64,000 bases of DNA from an uncultured Desulfatitalea sp. Its GTDB lineage: Bacteria; Desulfobacterota; Desulfobacteria; Desulfobacterales; Desulfosarcinaceae. This document shows positions 9,685 through 17,747 of the stretch, piece after piece. The notes beneath the pieces were generated by a model. That model saw nothing but the letters and a program-made list of their open reading frames with translations, was not told the DNA's origin and made no database searches. The stretch is from NCBI GenBank assembly GCA_963668675.2, contig CAXXMB010000002.1, positions 2,080,001-2,144,000 of the forward strand, written 5' to 3'. The translations under genes were made by a program, and so were the position numbers. Positions within the stretch are counted from its first letter, which is position 1; each line of letters opens with the position of its first letter.

Positions 9685-9938
9685 TACAGCCCCAGGGCCT
9701 CCTTGATTTCATCCTCTTTGAAACCGACGATCACTTTTTCGCCAATGATGATCGTGGGAAAGGAACATTTGGGATTGAATTTTTTGACATCTTCCAAAAT
9801 GGCCTTGCGCTCATCGCCTTCCAGAAGATCCACATCTACAAAATCATACTGAACGGTACAGTCACTTAAAAACTTCTTGGTCGATTTGCAATGGCTGCAG
9901 GTACTCAAACTGAATATTTTTACAGGTTCATTACCCAT
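9684..9938 (-). CDS. Glutaredoxin/NrdH-like redoxin
   Basis: STCSHC active site, SFPTIII, IVGF; RBS AAGGAAAG before ATG 9938; stop overlaps the FTR start. Confidence 0.9.
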   Translation of the reverse strand: MGNEPVKIFSLSTCSHCKSTKKFLSDCTVQYDFVDVDLLEGDERKAILEDVKKFNPKCSFPTIIIGEKVIVGFKEDEIKEALGL

Positions 9939-10142
9939 GTCAGCTTTCCTTTCACTTGGTTGGCACGATTGGGAGTGTGGCTGGTTGAAAGCCAGTTGAG
10001 ACTGGATCAATGCGATACAGTCAGAAATGCGATCCGTCCTATTTCCTTATTACAACTCATTTGAGAATGCAAACCGACGGTTCTATTTGATCTTCAGGAC
10101 AGAGTAATTGGCACTTTTTTCTCTTTCCACTCAATTCCGCGC

Positions 10143-10192
10143 TTGACATGCTTCGACACTCACTATAATGATATTAGTAATGATTACTAATA
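10143..10192 (+). promoter_or_regulatory. Sigma70-like cooS promoter followed by a perfect Fur/PerR-type operator palindrome
   Basis: TTGACA 10143-10148, TATAAT 10164-10169 (15-bp spacer, short), then TATTAGTAAT-G-ATTACTAATA 10172-10192. Confidence 0.7.
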
Positions 10193-10366
10193 AGGACAAA
10201 AAAAGCCCGCTCCAACTAAACGAACAGACCAACCCGTGCGACCATACAAGATCTATATTTAAGCGCATCCTACCACAAACACGGTGACAGGATGCAAAGC
10301 GCAAATTGCAGCCAAGTAAACATAACCAAGCCATATGAAAACAATCTTTCCAAGAAGGGAGACGAC

Positions 10367-12352
10367 ATGGAAATCAAGAAAAAAGTGGAGAAGGTGGCCA
10401 AGCAAACCAAGGAGCTTCCGGTACAGGACCTGACCATCTGCTCGGCAACCCAGCAAATGATCACCAAGGGACGCACCGACGGTGTGGAGACGGCCTTCGA
10501 CCGTGCGGCCAACATGAAGGCGTGTCCGATCGGATCGGATTCGGCCTGCTGCAAGCACTGCTTCATGGGGCCGTGCCGCCTTAACGCCAAGGATCCCTAT
10601 GGCAAGGTGGGGGTTTGCGGCGCCACCATCGACACCATCATGGCGCGCAACTTCGCCCGCATGGTGGCCTCCGGGTGTGCCGCCCATACCGACCACGGCA
10701 TGAGCATGCTGGATGTGTTTCGCAGTGTGGTCAACGGCAAAATAAAAGATTACGAGATCAAGGATGTTCAAAAGCTTGAATCGGTGGCCCAATCCATCGG
10801 CATTGAAACCAACGGTCGCACCGTCAAAGAGATTGCCACCGAGCTGTACGAGGCATTGGAAAGCACCTACACCAATATAGAGGGTGAAATTCCCTTTGCC
10901 AAACGCGTTCCGCCCAAAACTTTGGAAACCTGGCGCAAACACGGTGTCGTTCCCCGGGGCGCCATGCGTGAGATCATGGAGATCATGCACCGCACCCATA
11001 TAGGCGTGGACCAGGATTATGCCAATATCACCAAACAGATCAGCCGAACCGCACTGGCCGATGGCTGGGGCGGCTCGATGGTGGCCACGGAAATTTCGGA
11101 CATCCTGTTCGGCACGCCGTCACCGGTAAGCGTCGAAGTCGACATGGGCGTGCTCAAAGAGGATCAGGTCAACGTCATCATCCATGGCCACGAACCCAAC
11201 CTGTTCGAGTCGATGATCGCCTCGGTCAATGAGCCCACGCTGCTCGAAGCGGCCAAAGCCGCCGGCGCCAAAGGCATCAACCTGGTTGGCATGTGCTGTT
11301 CCGGGGCTGAAGTGCTCGTTCGCCACGGCATCCCCCACGCCGGCAACTTCATGTCCACTGAAACGATACTGATCACCGGTGCAGTGGATATCATGGCCGT
11401 GGACGTCCAGTGCATCAAACAGGGATTGGTCAAAGTGGCCGAATGCTACAACACGCCGCTTATCACCACCAACCCGCGCTGCCATATCGAAGGGGCCACG
11501 CATGTTGAATTTGATGACCATAATCCCAAAGAGACCACGGATGAGATTGTCATCAAAGCCATCTCGCGCTTCAAGCACCGTACCGCCAAAATCGAAATTC
11601 CACGAAATGTGTCCCTGGGCGTTCATGGATTCTCGCACGAGTATATCAACTATATGCTGGGCGGCTCCTTCCGCGGCTCCTACACACCGCTGAACGAAAA
11701 CATCATTAACGGCCGCATCCGTGGTGTTGCCGGTGTGGTCGGCTGCACCAACCCTCGGGTCAAACAGGACTGGGCGCATGTGGAGCTGGTCAAAGAGCTG
11801 ATCCAGAACGATGTGCTCGTTCTGCAGACCGGGTGTTCTCAGATCGCTCTCGCCAAAGCCGGCTTGACCACGCCCGAAGCCGCCCATCTGGCAGGTCCGG
11901 GACTTCAGGAGGTGTGTGAAACCGTCGGCATGCCACCGGTTCTCGGACTAGGCTCCTGCGTCGACAACAGCCGCATCCTGATCGCCGCCTCTGAAATGGT
12001 AAAGACTGGCGGATTGGGTGACTCGATTGCCGACCTGCCGGTGGCCGGCTGTGCGCCAGAGTATATGAGCGAGAAGGCCATCTCTATCGGCCACTACTTT
12101 GTCGCCTCCGGTGTTTATACGGTATTCGGCGTCACCTTCCCCATTGTCGAAGGCACCAAATTCCACAAGCATCTGTTCGAGGATCTGGAGACGATGGGCT
12201 TTGGCAAGTGGGGATTCGCAGAGGATCCCCATGAAATTGCCCGCCTGATGATCGACCATATCGACAAGAAGCGTAAGGCGCTGGGTCTCGACAAATCCCG
12301 AGAGCGTGTTCTCATGGACATGTCCGACCGTCGCTCGATCGATGCCGCATAG
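10367..12352 (+). CDS. cooS: Anaerobic Ni,Fe carbon monoxide dehydrogenase catalytic subunit
   Basis: D/B cluster CPIGSDSACCKHCFMGPC..VCGA, AAHTDH, and C-cluster ligands HGHEP, MCC, DVQC, VGCTN, TGCS, GSCVD; SEKA lysine. Confidence 0.97.
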   Translation: MEIKKKVEKVAKQTKELPVQDLTICSATQQMITKGRTDGVETAFDRAANMKACPIGSDSACCKHCFMGPCRLNAKDPYGKVGVCGATIDTIMARNFARMVASGCAAHTDHGMSMLDVFRSVVNGKIKDYEIKDVQKLESVAQSIGIETNGRTVKEIATELYEALESTYTNIEGEIPFAKRVPPKTLETWRKHGVVPRGAMREIMEIMHRTHIGVDQDYANITKQISRTALADGWGGSMVATEISDILFGTPSPVSVEVDMGVLKEDQVNVIIHGHEPNLFESMIASVNEPTLLEAAKAAGAKGINLVGMCCSGAEVLVRHGIPHAGNFMSTETILITGAVDIMAVDVQCIKQGLVKVAECYNTPLITTNPRCHIEGATHVEFDDHNPKETTDEIVIKAISRFKHRTAKIEIPRNVSLGVHGFSHEYINYMLGGSFRGSYTPLNENIINGRIRGVAGVVGCTNPRVKQDWAHVELVKELIQNDVLVLQTGCSQIALAKAGLTTPEAAHLAGPGLQEVCETVGMPPVLGLGSCVDNSRILIAASEMVKTGGLGDSIADLPVAGCAPEYMSEKAISIGHYFVASGVYTVFGVTFPIVEGTKFHKHLFEDLETMGFGKWGFAEDPHEIARLMIDHIDKKRKALGLDKSRERVLMDMSDRRSIDAA

Positions 12353-12383
12353 CCGAAACCCTGTTACATCACCACCATAAGTA

Positions 12384-12416
12384 AAAAGGGGCACTCCATT
12401 GCAGAGTGCCCCTTTT
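12384..12416. terminator. Intrinsic terminator, probably bidirectional
   Basis: AAAAGGGGCACTC-CATTGCA-GAGTGCCCCTTTT between convergent cooS and the regulator. Confidence 0.9.
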
Positions 12417-12546
12417 GATTTTATCAATCAGCAACTTAAACTCACCGAACAGCTACAGCCCTTTTCCCGTATGCCATTGATTTAAAAGAGTACGCTGGCT
12501 TAAAACCAGCCCTTCCAGCCAGTGTCGTTTGCCAACAACGCTCCCC

Positions 12547-13896
12547 TTAAGAGGACTCGATGATGGCGGCGTTGTCGGAGAGAAAGCGGTAGAGGGTGGC
12601 GCGGCCAACTCCCAGTTCACGGGCTGCGCTGGCTTTGTTTCCACCGGTCTTGACCAGGGCGTCGCGAACGGACTGGATGTCCAGTTTCTTTATGCGGCCC
12701 AGCTTGGCCGGAACGATTTTGAGTTGCCGCAGCTCCATGGGCAGGTCGGCGGCGGTGATGACCTTGTTGTTGCACCGGACAATGGCGAATTGAATGGCGT
12801 TTTGCAGTTCGCGCACATTACCGGGCCAGGGGTAATCCATCATGAGCGCCATGGCGGCCTCCGATAGTGCAGGCGCCGTCTGTTCGTTACGTTCAGCCAC
12901 CTGGTGCAGAAAGTGGTCGGCGAGCATGGGAATATCGGTTTTTCGCTCTCGCAAGGGGGGGATGTGGATGGGAATCACATTGAGACGGTAGAAAAGGTCC
13001 TCGCGAAACAGGTCCCGCTGTACGGCTTGCTTGAGATCCTTGTTGGTGGCGCTGATGACGCGCACATCGACACTGACGGTGCGTTCGCCCCCCACCTTTT
13101 CGAAGGTGCCCTCCTGGAGGAAGCGCAGCAGTTTCACCTGGAGCAGCTTGGGCAGTTCGGCCACCTCATCGAGGAAGACGGTACCTCCGTCGGCCAGTTC
13201 GAAGCGTCCCTTCTTGTCCCGTATGGCGCCGGAAAAAGCGCCCTTCACATGCCCGAACAGTTCGCTCTCGATCAAGCCTTCGGGCAGCGCCCCGCAGTTG
13301 ATGGGCACAAATGGCGCACCGCCGCGGCGGCTTTCGTTGTGCACGGCATTGGCCACCAGCTCCTTGCCGGTGCCCGTTTCACCGAACAGATGGACCGGGA
13401 AATCGTACTGGGCCACATCGACGATCTGTTGGTAAACAGATCGCATCTTGCTGTCACCGCCAATGATGTTGGCAAACCGATTCTGCTCGCTGCTGCGCCG
13501 CTGTAGTTCCAGCAACTCGGTGACGTCGGTGAAGGAGGCCAGTACGCCGGTATAGTCGCCATCTTCGGCGCGCATCATTGTGGTGCGAAACTCCACCCTG
13601 CGGATATCACCCTTCTTGCTGGTAATGTTCAGGGTGTACGCCGCATGGTCGTGAAGAATCGGTCCGCCATCGCAAAACGAGCAGCGTTTGCCGCAAAAAG
13701 GCGCACCAAACACTTCGTGGCAATCGCGGCCGAGCACCTCTTGCCGGCTGTAGCCGGTGACGCGCTCGGCTTCGGCGTTGAAGAAGAAGATGTGGCGCTG
13801 CATGTCGTGGGCGATGATGCCCTCTTTGAGGTTGTCCAGAATACGGACTAGGTTCGCACGACTGGCAATGGTGGTGACGAGTTTTCTATCCGGCAT
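12547..13896 (-). CDS. PAS-domain sigma54-dependent transcriptional activator (OrpR-like)
   Basis: PAS with C-x8-C-x3-C, GETGTGKE, ESELFGHVKGAFSGA, FLDEV, WPGNVREL, Fis-type HTH. Start uncertain (13896 or 13917). Confidence 0.92.
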   Translation of the reverse strand: MPDRKLVTTIASRANLVRILDNLKEGIIAHDMQRHIFFFNAEAERVTGYSRQEVLGRDCHEVFGAPFCGKRCSFCDGGPILHDHAAYTLNITSKKGDIRRVEFRTTMMRAEDGDYTGVLASFTDVTELLELQRRSSEQNRFANIIGGDSKMRSVYQQIVDVAQYDFPVHLFGETGTGKELVANAVHNESRRGGAPFVPINCGALPEGLIESELFGHVKGAFSGAIRDKKGRFELADGGTVFLDEVAELPKLLQVKLLRFLQEGTFEKVGGERTVSVDVRVISATNKDLKQAVQRDLFREDLFYRLNVIPIHIPPLRERKTDIPMLADHFLHQVAERNEQTAPALSEAAMALMMDYPWPGNVRELQNAIQFAIVRCNNKVITAADLPMELRQLKIVPAKLGRIKKLDIQSVRDALVKTGGNKASAARELGVGRATLYRFLSDNAAIIESS

Positions 13897-14066
13897 CGTG
13901 GTCACAAAAGTCGTCAAGTTCCGATCAATGCAATGGGCCTAACCTGATGGGCCGTTTCAATTTGTGGGCCTGTTTCCTCGCCCGCAGTTGTCTGCCATAC
14001 TCACTCAAGAAGATAGAAAACCTATATGAGAGCGACGCCAAAGTCAATCACGGGTGGCACATGCAC

Positions 14067-14795
14067 TTACAGTTGGAAGGGCAGCGCCCGTCGCAGGGCT
14101 ATCCCCTTCAGGTCGATGGCGACATCATAGACGACGATCTCTACGCCCTGGGAGACCACTTGCCGCAAGCGGGCACCATACTCCGGATCGATCTCATATG
14201 CAGGTGAGAAGGTTTGCGCATCGCAGCGCTGAACGACAAAAAACATCATGGCCCTGGCGCCGCCCTCCTTCAGGTGCTGCAACTCGTCCAGATGCTTCTG
14301 CCCGCGCACCGTGCGCGCATCCGGAAAGCGGGCCACCCCATCTTCGACGAGGGTGCAGTTCTTCACTTCGATATAGCAGTCGGACCGGCCGCCGCCACTG
14401 AGCTTGAGATCGAGTCGGGAGTGGGCGCTCACCTTGACCTCCGTTGCCACGTGATCGTAACCGGCCAGCTCCGGCACGTCGCCATTGGCCGCAGCCAAGG
14501 CAACCAGTCGGTTGGGCACCAGGGTATTTACCCCCACCAGCGAGGTGGGCATCTCGATCAGCTCCCAGGTGAACTTCAGTTTGCGTTTCGGATTGTCGTG
14601 GGATGAGAGGTAGACCGGCCGCCCGGGCTCCTTGCAGGCGGCCATACTGCCAGAATTGGGGCAATGGGCGACCACCTCCTGCCCATCGTCCAGCACCACA
14701 TCGGCCAAAAATCGCTTATAGCGCTTTACCAGGGTACCGCGAATGAGAGGCGGCCAAGGCAGTTGGGAAGTGCTGACGGCACTCTTTTTCTTCAC
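14067..14795 (-). CDS. sfsA: Sugar fermentation stimulation protein / DNA-RNA nuclease SfsA
   Basis: KRYKRFLADV, AHCPNSGSM, YIEVKNCTL, FPDARTVRGQKH. GTG 14795 chosen because of the GGAG RBS. Confidence 0.93.
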   Translation of the reverse strand: MKKKSAVSTSQLPWPPLIRGTLVKRYKRFLADVVLDDGQEVVAHCPNSGSMAACKEPGRPVYLSSHDNPKRKLKFTWELIEMPTSLVGVNTLVPNRLVALAAANGDVPELAGYDHVATEVKVSAHSRLDLKLSGGGRSDCYIEVKNCTLVEDGVARFPDARTVRGQKHLDELQHLKEGGARAMMFFVVQRCDAQTFSPAYEIDPEYGARLRQVVSQGVEIVVYDVAIDLKGIALRRALPFQL

Positions 14796-14899
14796 AGGGC
14801 AGCTCCATGTTAAAAGGCTGAAGTCTGAAGGGTTAGCACGATCCAAGGCAGCAGGCAACACCCATAAGGCCGCATAACGATCCTTCAAGCTTCAGCCTC

Positions 14900-17158
14900 T
14901 CAACTGTCCAGCGTCTCCCGTACCGCCCTCCCCAACCCTTCAATGCTGTATGGTTTTCTCACATAGGCGCCCACGCCCAACGCCATGATCTGGCGGACGC
15001 GCTCGGTCTCTGAAAAGCCGCTGGCCAACACCGCCTTCTGGTTGGGGTGCAGCGAGAGGATCTGTCGATAGGTCTCCAGGCCGTCCATGCCGGGGTCCAT
15101 GATCATGTCGAGCACCAGCAGATCGACGGAGCCCTTTTCCATGTATGCTAACGCCTCCTCGCCACTGGAGACGGTCTCCACCTGGTAGCCCAGCTTTCTC
15201 AGGACCACGGTGGCGATTTCGCGCTGCTCCATCACATCGTCGACCACGAGCACCCTCTCGTTGCCCTTGAAATCATCGATGTTAAAGTTGCCGCCCTTGG
15301 CCTGAAGCATCTGCCCGGAGATGGGGAAGTAGAGATCGAAACGCGTACCGCGCCCCTCGATGCTCTTCAAGTCGATATATCCCTTGTGATCCTTTACGGT
15401 GCCGGAGACCACGCTCATGCCCAGCCCGGTACCGCTGCGCCCCATCTTCTTTTTGGTGTAAAAGGGTTCGAAGATGTGGCGCATATCCTCATCGGACATG
15501 CCGGAGCCCTCATCCTCGACCCGCAGCACAGCGTAATCGCCCGGTTTAATGCTCTGATATCCCCGGACCTTATCGTCCAGTTGGCAACGGAAGGTGGAGA
15601 CCTGCACCCGGCCGCCGTTCGGCATCGCCTCAGCCGCGTTTGAAACCAGATTCATCAAGGTTTTCGACAGGTGTATTTCACTGCCAAGAATGTTGGGCAG
15701 ATCCGGATCCAGGTTGATTTCAAAAGAGACCCCTTCGTGGAACTGCTGAATTTTTCCATGCTCAGCGGATCGCCAGTAATCCGCCACCACCTCATTGAGG
15801 TTGACGGCACTGCGAAGATCGACACCCCGACGGGCCAGGGTCAGCATATCCTGCACAATGGCCGCCGCCTTTTCACCCGATGTCTTGACGGTCACCAGCG
15901 GACCGTGCAAGGGGCTGTCCTCCGGCAAGTCCATGAGCAGCAGATCCGGATAGCCCACCAGGCCGCCCAGGATGTTGTTCAGATCGTGGGCCACGCCGCC
16001 GGCCAGGGTGCCAATGGCCTCCATCTTCTGTGCCTGTTCGAGCTGCATCTGCAGGCTTTTGCGTTCGGCGATATCCCGGGCAAAGGCGCAGAGATAGGCT
16101 TTGCCTTCGAACTCCAGGAAATTGGCGTATACCTCCACCGGTACCAATTTGCCATCCGTTTGCAGATGATCGGTCTCGAAGGTGATGGATTTTCGCGTGC
16201 GCGCCTTCTCCCATATTTCACGCCAGCGCTCCCGGCCAAGGGTGGGGTCGATATCTCCAACGCTCATGGCCAGCAAGGCCTCACGCGTCAACCCCAGGGA
16301 TTCACAGGCCGCCGTGTTGACATTGACGATGCGCCCCTGTCGATCCATCCAATAGGCGGCGTCGCCCATATGGTCCACGGAGAATTGGGTGAAATGGAGT
16401 TGCTCGTCGCGGGCCTGGATTTCGGACAGCATTTCATTGAAGCCGTCAAACAGAATGCCCAGTTCATCAAAGCTGTCGGTCTCCACACGGGTCGAATAGT
16501 CCTTGTTGCGCGAGACCCGGTTCATGGTTCGGGTGAGTGTGGTGATCGGGCCTGAGATGGTGCGCTGGGCCATGGTGGAGACCGCATAGGCGACAAGGAA
16601 AGAGAGAAGCAGGATGGCCAGACAGATCAACGTCACCGTGGTAAGACGCCGGTAGAGGGCTCGCAAGTCGGACGACACTTCGACCACGCCGATCATATTG
16701 CGATCGAGCACGATGGGCACCAACACCTTCAGGCTGTTGGCTTCAAACCGGTGGCTGCCGCTCCCGCTCCGGCCATCGAGCACGGCCTGAATCTCACTGT
16801 AAGCGCTATGGGCTGCCTTGTCCGCATGGGCCTTGTTGTCATTGTCCCTGTGGTATTGGGCAAAAAGCGAACCGTCTTCCCTGTAGATGCGACTACAGTC
16901 GATCTGGGGCTCGGCAGCCAGGGCCTTAAGCGTCTTATTGGCCGCATCCGGATCGTCAAACGTCAGGGCCGCCTCGCAATTGGTGCCGATCACACGGGCA
17001 ATCGATGAGATGTTCTCCAGGGTCGCCGAGCGGGTCGCGTAAAAGGCTCCCGATAAAATGGCGACCAGGGTGACCACGAGCGCCACGCCACTGGTGAACA
17101 TGCTGATCATTATCAGCTTGTTTTTGATGGTTCGGTTTTGAAATCGAAACAGGGCCAT
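14900..17158 (-). CDS. Membrane hybrid sensor histidine kinase (YfiN-like periplasmic domain-HAMP-PAS-HisKA-HATPase-REC)
   Basis: AALTFDD periplasmic domain between 2 TMs, DELG..FNEM HAMP, QKMEAIGTLAGGVAHDLNN, FEPFYT, GTGLG, LVVDD..LDMIM receiver. Confidence 0.93.
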   Translation of the reverse strand: MALFRFQNRTIKNKLIMISMFTSGVALVVTLVAILSGAFYATRSATLENISSIARVIGTNCEAALTFDDPDAANKTLKALAAEPQIDCSRIYREDGSLFAQYHRDNDNKAHADKAAHSAYSEIQAVLDGRSGSGSHRFEANSLKVLVPIVLDRNMIGVVEVSSDLRALYRRLTTVTLICLAILLLSFLVAYAVSTMAQRTISGPITTLTRTMNRVSRNKDYSTRVETDSFDELGILFDGFNEMLSEIQARDEQLHFTQFSVDHMGDAAYWMDRQGRIVNVNTAACESLGLTREALLAMSVGDIDPTLGRERWREIWEKARTRKSITFETDHLQTDGKLVPVEVYANFLEFEGKAYLCAFARDIAERKSLQMQLEQAQKMEAIGTLAGGVAHDLNNILGGLVGYPDLLLMDLPEDSPLHGPLVTVKTSGEKAAAIVQDMLTLARRGVDLRSAVNLNEVVADYWRSAEHGKIQQFHEGVSFEINLDPDLPNILGSEIHLSKTLMNLVSNAAEAMPNGGRVQVSTFRCQLDDKVRGYQSIKPGDYAVLRVEDEGSGMSDEDMRHIFEPFYTKKKMGRSGTGLGMSVVSGTVKDHKGYIDLKSIEGRGTRFDLYFPISGQMLQAKGGNFNIDDFKGNERVLVVDDVMEQREIATVVLRKLGYQVETVSSGEEALAYMEKGSVDLLVLDMIMDPGMDGLETYRQILSLHPNQKAVLASGFSETERVRQIMALGVGAYVRKPYSIEGLGRAVRETLDS

Positions 17159-17173
17159 TTTAAATCCAGCCTT

Positions 17174-17716
17174 CTACTCAACGATATCGGCCAGTCGCAA
17201 CAGTTGCGAACTGATCTTCAACCCGACGCGGTCGGCGGCGGCCGGATTGATCTGGAACCTGATCTTGTTGCCCACATTGATCAAGTTAATCATCACGCCC
17301 TGGTGAGCAAAACGGTTGGTGTCTCCCACCGTCAACACCGGCTTGCCCTGCAGGCGCTCGAGGATATCGGCCAGCCAGGGCTCGACACTGGCGCAGATAA
17401 AGATCACCTGGCACCCGCTCAGTTCGTCGAGAGCGTTCGCCCGGAGAATTTTCAACGGTTTGGACCTGACCAGCTTCTTTTCGATCACAGCGATATCTGC
17501 ACCGAAGGGGTCGTCACCCAAGATACCGATTTTAAAAACAGCCGAGCCCTTCTGGGAAACAGTGGCCGGCCACTCGACAAATTTAGCGAAGTTGTAGAGG
17601 AAGGCAGCCTTGATCTGATACTCGCTCACCGTCGCTGCGCGGGCGCAAACCTGCCAGGCCGGAAAGACCAGCATCGTCACCAACGTCAACAGGGCTATGG
17701 TGCGCTTCGTTGCCAT
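17174..17716 (-). CDS. YfiR family (DUF4154) periplasmic protein
   Basis: Signal peptide, EYQIKAAFLYNFAKFVEWP, LTVGD, RFQIN, ISSQLLRLA. Confidence 0.9.
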   Translation of the reverse strand: MATKRTIALLTLVTMLVFPAWQVCARAATVSEYQIKAAFLYNFAKFVEWPATVSQKGSAVFKIGILGDDPFGADIAVIEKKLVRSKPLKILRANALDELSGCQVIFICASVEPWLADILERLQGKPVLTVGDTNRFAHQGVMINLINVGNKIRFQINPAAADRVGLKISSQLLRLADIVE

Positions 17717-17747
17717 CAAGATTGCGTCAGACCCCTTTGTTGATCCC

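Noticed and set aside
9352..12352. Selenocysteine read-through in the redox genes
   Set aside because: All Cys motifs are complete with no in-frame TGA.
14814..14898. AGGCTGAAG / CTTCAGCCT inverted pair, similar to TTCAGCC repeats near 28570
   Set aside because: Too short and low-copy in this window to support an element.
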